Below, piece after piece: positions 60,059 to 64,000 of a stretch of DNA of 64,000 bases (positions within the stretch are counted from its first letter, which is position 1; each line of letters opens with the position of its first letter). The notes beneath the pieces were generated by a model. That model was given only the letters and a program-made list of their open reading frames with translations, had not been told where the DNA came from and searched no databases. Origin of the DNA: Amphiscolops sp. MND2022 (taxonomy: Eukaryota). The position numbers were made by a program, and so were the translations under genes. Where the stretch lies: positions 75,950,001-76,014,000 of the forward strand of contig OZ076411.1 of NCBI GenBank assembly GCA_964187785.1. The letters are read 5' to 3'.

Positions 60059-61901
60059 CATATAGAAACCACTTAATACCCTAATATCCAAAAGAACCAC
60101 TTCCATACCCTCATCTTCGAAAGTTCAAGCGTTTTTTGGACTCCAATCGATGTGATATTCCAAAACCTAATTAATATGCAAATTATGACTAATCTCCGCA
60201 AAACTCAGATGACACACTTTTCGATGATACATCTTCACAAGAAGATCTCTCTTTATCATTACCTGAAGAACCATCAAATTCTATCTTTCAAGATAATTCA
60301 TCCTCTAATGACTCAGGATTTCAATCAATTACAAAAACTCATCAACCTAAACCTTCTTCTAGAACACGTCTTCATTCTCAAAACTACATTCCAATGCACC
60401 ACAAACCTACCGCCCGACAAACCAAAACCCATTATATTTTGAGACATCAACCACGAAAGGATTATCGACTTTTCATACCAAAATCCAAACTTTTCGACTC
60501 CAGATCAGTTGCTTAAAACTTGTTGAAATTTTCAAATTTTAACTTCTGGACAAAAACTATTATCCTGGATTCTTCATCTAAATCTCTTCCTTCTGCTCCA
60601 AGTCTATCATCTTCTATTTCTGAATCACAAACAGCTCTCACATCCCAACCTCGCAATGTAAACACCCAAAGTCCGTGTAAAAGACTCAAATCACATATAC
60701 TAGACACATCTTCTACAACATCTTCTGGAACTCTTTTTCCTCAAACAAATTCTAGTACTAACCCACCACCAATATCTGAAATACCTATTACATCTAGATC
60801 TCAACCACTACCACTACTTGCATCTGTATTTGAAATACCAGAACCAAAAACAGTAGCAAGACTTGTTAACTACAGACAACCGACTGCTATTAAAACTATA
60901 AGACAACAACCACAACTCGATATTGTACACATACCTAATTTTGTATATCTTAGTCTACCTTCATTACAACTAACGTCTGAAACTGAATCTTCTATACGAT
61001 CTAAACTTCATCCTCTTCTAAAACCCTTTCGTAAACCATCTACTTCTTTTTCGAATCTTCTTGAAACCACTTCACAAGAAACTGAGTATATACCAGAATC
61101 ACAGAGTTTTTTCTAGTCCCTTAACATAGAAACAATCTTAGACCTCGTCCTTCACGCAGACTTAGTACTGATAGCTCTACCTCACATCTTTCATCACTAT
61201 CAAATAACTCTGCTGTTCGACTCATCTCATTCGACAACACGCACAACCCCTTTCAACAGGTTCAAATACCACTCACTCCTCAGACTTCGGTCAACCATAT
61301 TGTTCATCTGGTATAGACACTGCAACCTATCTTTTTTTCTGACGTTCAAACAGCATACTTTTCTGGTAATTTCTTTTCTGAAATACTCATTCCTACTCCT
61401 CTACCACCTCACGTACGACTTCTAGAATAATTACACCCGAACATTCCAGACCTCCTACTCCAAACTTTGCTGACTATCCAAAACGTGTTGACCGCACAAC
61501 TAAATACGAACCTCAAGCTTAACCTCGATTTACTATTCTCACAGAACGCTTCAATAATAACAACGATACTCTTTCAACTAAACGAAAAAGAGCAGAACTC
61601 AAAAGACTTAAAAGCTCTAACTTAGAACTCAAATTCGAAGTCATAGTGAAATATAATGGTATAAAACCACATCCTATATTTCAAGTTACAAAACTTGAAC
61701 ACAAAACTACTCCGGCTCCATTCACGAGTACTTTTATTGAGTTTCATCGAGATCCAGTTCTTTCTGATCTGTCATATGGCAAATTAGTTTTCTATAACCC
61801 ATATTCTGGACTTAAATATACTACATCTTTTTAACACAATACTACTTCTCTCTATCATACATATTCTACCTTATTCTTTTAACATATAAAGTACATATGC
61901 C

Positions 61902-63784
61902 ATTCCTATTGAACTAACTGATACTGATAATTATCTCCCACCTGATGATCCAAATATTACAAATCTTATAGTTGCTCATTATGACTGTGAAAAACAACAT
62001 AGTTTTCGCCAGATTAACTTGTTGATTGTAAAACAAGGCACTGAAGCCCCATCCAAAATACAACATGCTATTGTCAAAGCAAGAGTATCCGTTCGTGCAA
62101 AAACTAAACGAGTCAAAGCATTCAAATGTGAAGCTTATGCAAAAAAAGGTATATTTCAAGGTTCAGTTAAACATGGACGTGTTGACAGACCTGTATGGAA
62201 TCAAAATACAATGCCACTCCCTGTTACACTTGACCCTCTAGAATGTAAAATCTTCATTAGACATCTTAATGGTACTAATAATAAAATATTCAACAGCTTT
62301 AATTATAACGAAACCCGTACTCTCCTAGAAGATCTTGAGTTTTCTGACATAGATCTTACATATGATGATACTAAAATTGTTATGATCTTTGTTGGTCATA
62401 AGTTACCATATTACTTTGCCGATGGTTTCTATAAACCAACCACGAAAACTCTGGATACATTAGTTTGGTTTAGTGATGACTTTTATGTCATCTTTACAAA
62501 ACAGGACTTTGTCGGGCGAATGACAAAAATTGAAGACAGATATTGGATCGAAATTGATTTTTTTGTACATTCTTCTATACCTAATAAATCTGAAACTATA
62601 TACGGTATCAAAGGAACTAGTTACCCATATATACATGCTCCACATACACAAAACTCACACAATCCTAGTCTTTTACGCTTTTACGTTTTGAAGTATTTCC
62701 ACATGCCCAAACCTTCTGTAGTAAACCAGAACCTCTATATGCAACACAATATTCCGACCTCTTTGTTACAAATACTAATAGTTTTACCATGCATACAGGA
62801 GAACCAAATCCCTATTCAGTCATAATTGAATATATCTCAGCGAAATTTTGGACCCTCATAACAAAAAAATATGTTTTTCCAGCACTCAATGTTTCGAACA
62901 ATTTTGCTACGATAGACTATGATGCTCATATTTATACCAAAACTGAATATGCAATTGATCATGTTTTTCACTCAATGACATTACAAGAATTGAAAACCAT
63001 TCATACAGTAAGCGAATTAAAACGAAATCAACTCGTCACAATATTCGCAATGTCAGTACAAAATCCACAACTTGCCGGAATCCTTTTAACAAGAAATCAA
63101 AGTAATTAGTTGTACGTTGAAGGTTCCACTGCCTGGTTTTATGATTGTCAACATTTTCTCTTTCCCATGTATAAAGCTGATCGTTTTTTCGACCGTATAC
63201 CTATTCACTTTAAAAATATCCTTATGTACGTTGATCCTATTACACGACAAACATATGACTATGCTGCTCCTATAACATGTAATGATAATCCACAAAACAT
63301 TATTGAACTCGATCTTGATTCGGATGATCAAGAGTTTTACATTTTTAGACCCGAACCATTAAAACAAAAACCACCACTTATGTTCACCCCTTCTCAATCT
63401 AAAATTACAAAACGACCCAATACATTTACTGCCCAAGATGCTGGTGTATTTTCAAATGCAGAACTTGAACAATTTTGGAACAGAATCTTTTTCTCCAAAC
63501 ATTCTGATAAAACACTTCAATCACTTGGAAATGCCCTCAGTTATTCATATATTTCTGTCAAAACTCCAGACTATTCAGATTCCCACACCTCTCAGACTAA
63601 TCCTTTCATCTCACTAATTGGATATCCATGTTACATCCTCACTCAATGTGGAGTTTATGTTCGACATTTCTTTTCATACAAACTATTATTATACTTCTCA
63701 TTAAACTCTATAAAACACTTTCAAACAAATTTAATCTCAAACAAAGTATCACTCTTCTTAGTTCAAAAGCCCATGGTTGTTTAA
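61902..63784 (+). pseudogene. env: Envelope-like glycoprotein resembling class III (chuvirus G / gB-like) fusogens
   Basis: IVAHYDC...RQINLL; EGSTAWFYDC...DRIPI...YVDPITRQ...ITC; hydrophobic C-terminal segment; located after integrase. Confidence 0.65.
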
Positions 63785-64000
63785 ATATTATTACAGCTGA
63801 AATGGTAAACGACCTAAAAGGTTCTCATGCTAGAAGGCCATTACCACCCATTAAAAGTTCACATCAACTATCAACTACAATAGAAAACCTTTTAGATGAA
63901 AATTCTGACAACTCAGATCATCCAACAAACACTCGGAACAAACATTCAGGTATTAGGTCACCACTATCCTTCCATACAAATCGTTCAAAACGAGTTCCAA

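Larger units (their letters stand above)
54700..64000 (+). mobile_element. Decayed Ty3/Gypsy LTR retrotransposon with env-like gene; 5' extent may reach about 44.8 kb
   Basis: Order gag, PR, RT, RH, IN remnant, env-like; many stops and frameshifts. Confidence 0.85.

Noticed and set aside
60152-61834. Ser/Thr/Pro-rich ORFs between integrase and env
   Set aside because: Low-complexity decayed sequence; no product can be assigned.

Overview
Eukaryotic, AT-rich window made almost entirely of mobile DNA; no host gene is recognisable. (1) 1-7261: rearranged minus-strand BEL/Pao LTR retrotransposon. Its 130-bp 5' LTR sits inside a tyrosine-recombinase (YR) pseudogene. (2) 7262-42097: an array of roughly 3.2-3.3 kb Crypton-like YR elements from at least four divergent subfamilies (labelled E, A, B, C here). 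They lie in both orientations and are joined end to end by (GAT)n tracts. Each has short imperfect inverted termini and repeated RGAKACG motifs. Each encodes a decayed protein of about 700 aa: N-terminal motif, two zinc fingers, YR catalytic domain, acidic linker and a conserved C-terminal domain. An 8.4-kb tandem duplication and a 5-copy 945-bp amplification overlay the array. (3) 42.2-44.8 kb: an 86-bp-arm foldback and an array of six hairpins with a conserved frame and variable stems. (4) 45465-52496: full-length BEL/Pao element with 509-bp LTRs, a tRNA-Trp-type PBS, tRNA-like Pol III modules and an in-frame palindromic insertion in pol. (5) 52.5-64 kb: decayed Ty3/Gypsy element ending in an envelope-like gene resembling class III (chuvirus-G/herpes gB-like) fusogens. 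All protein-family calls are by motif recognition, without database searches.
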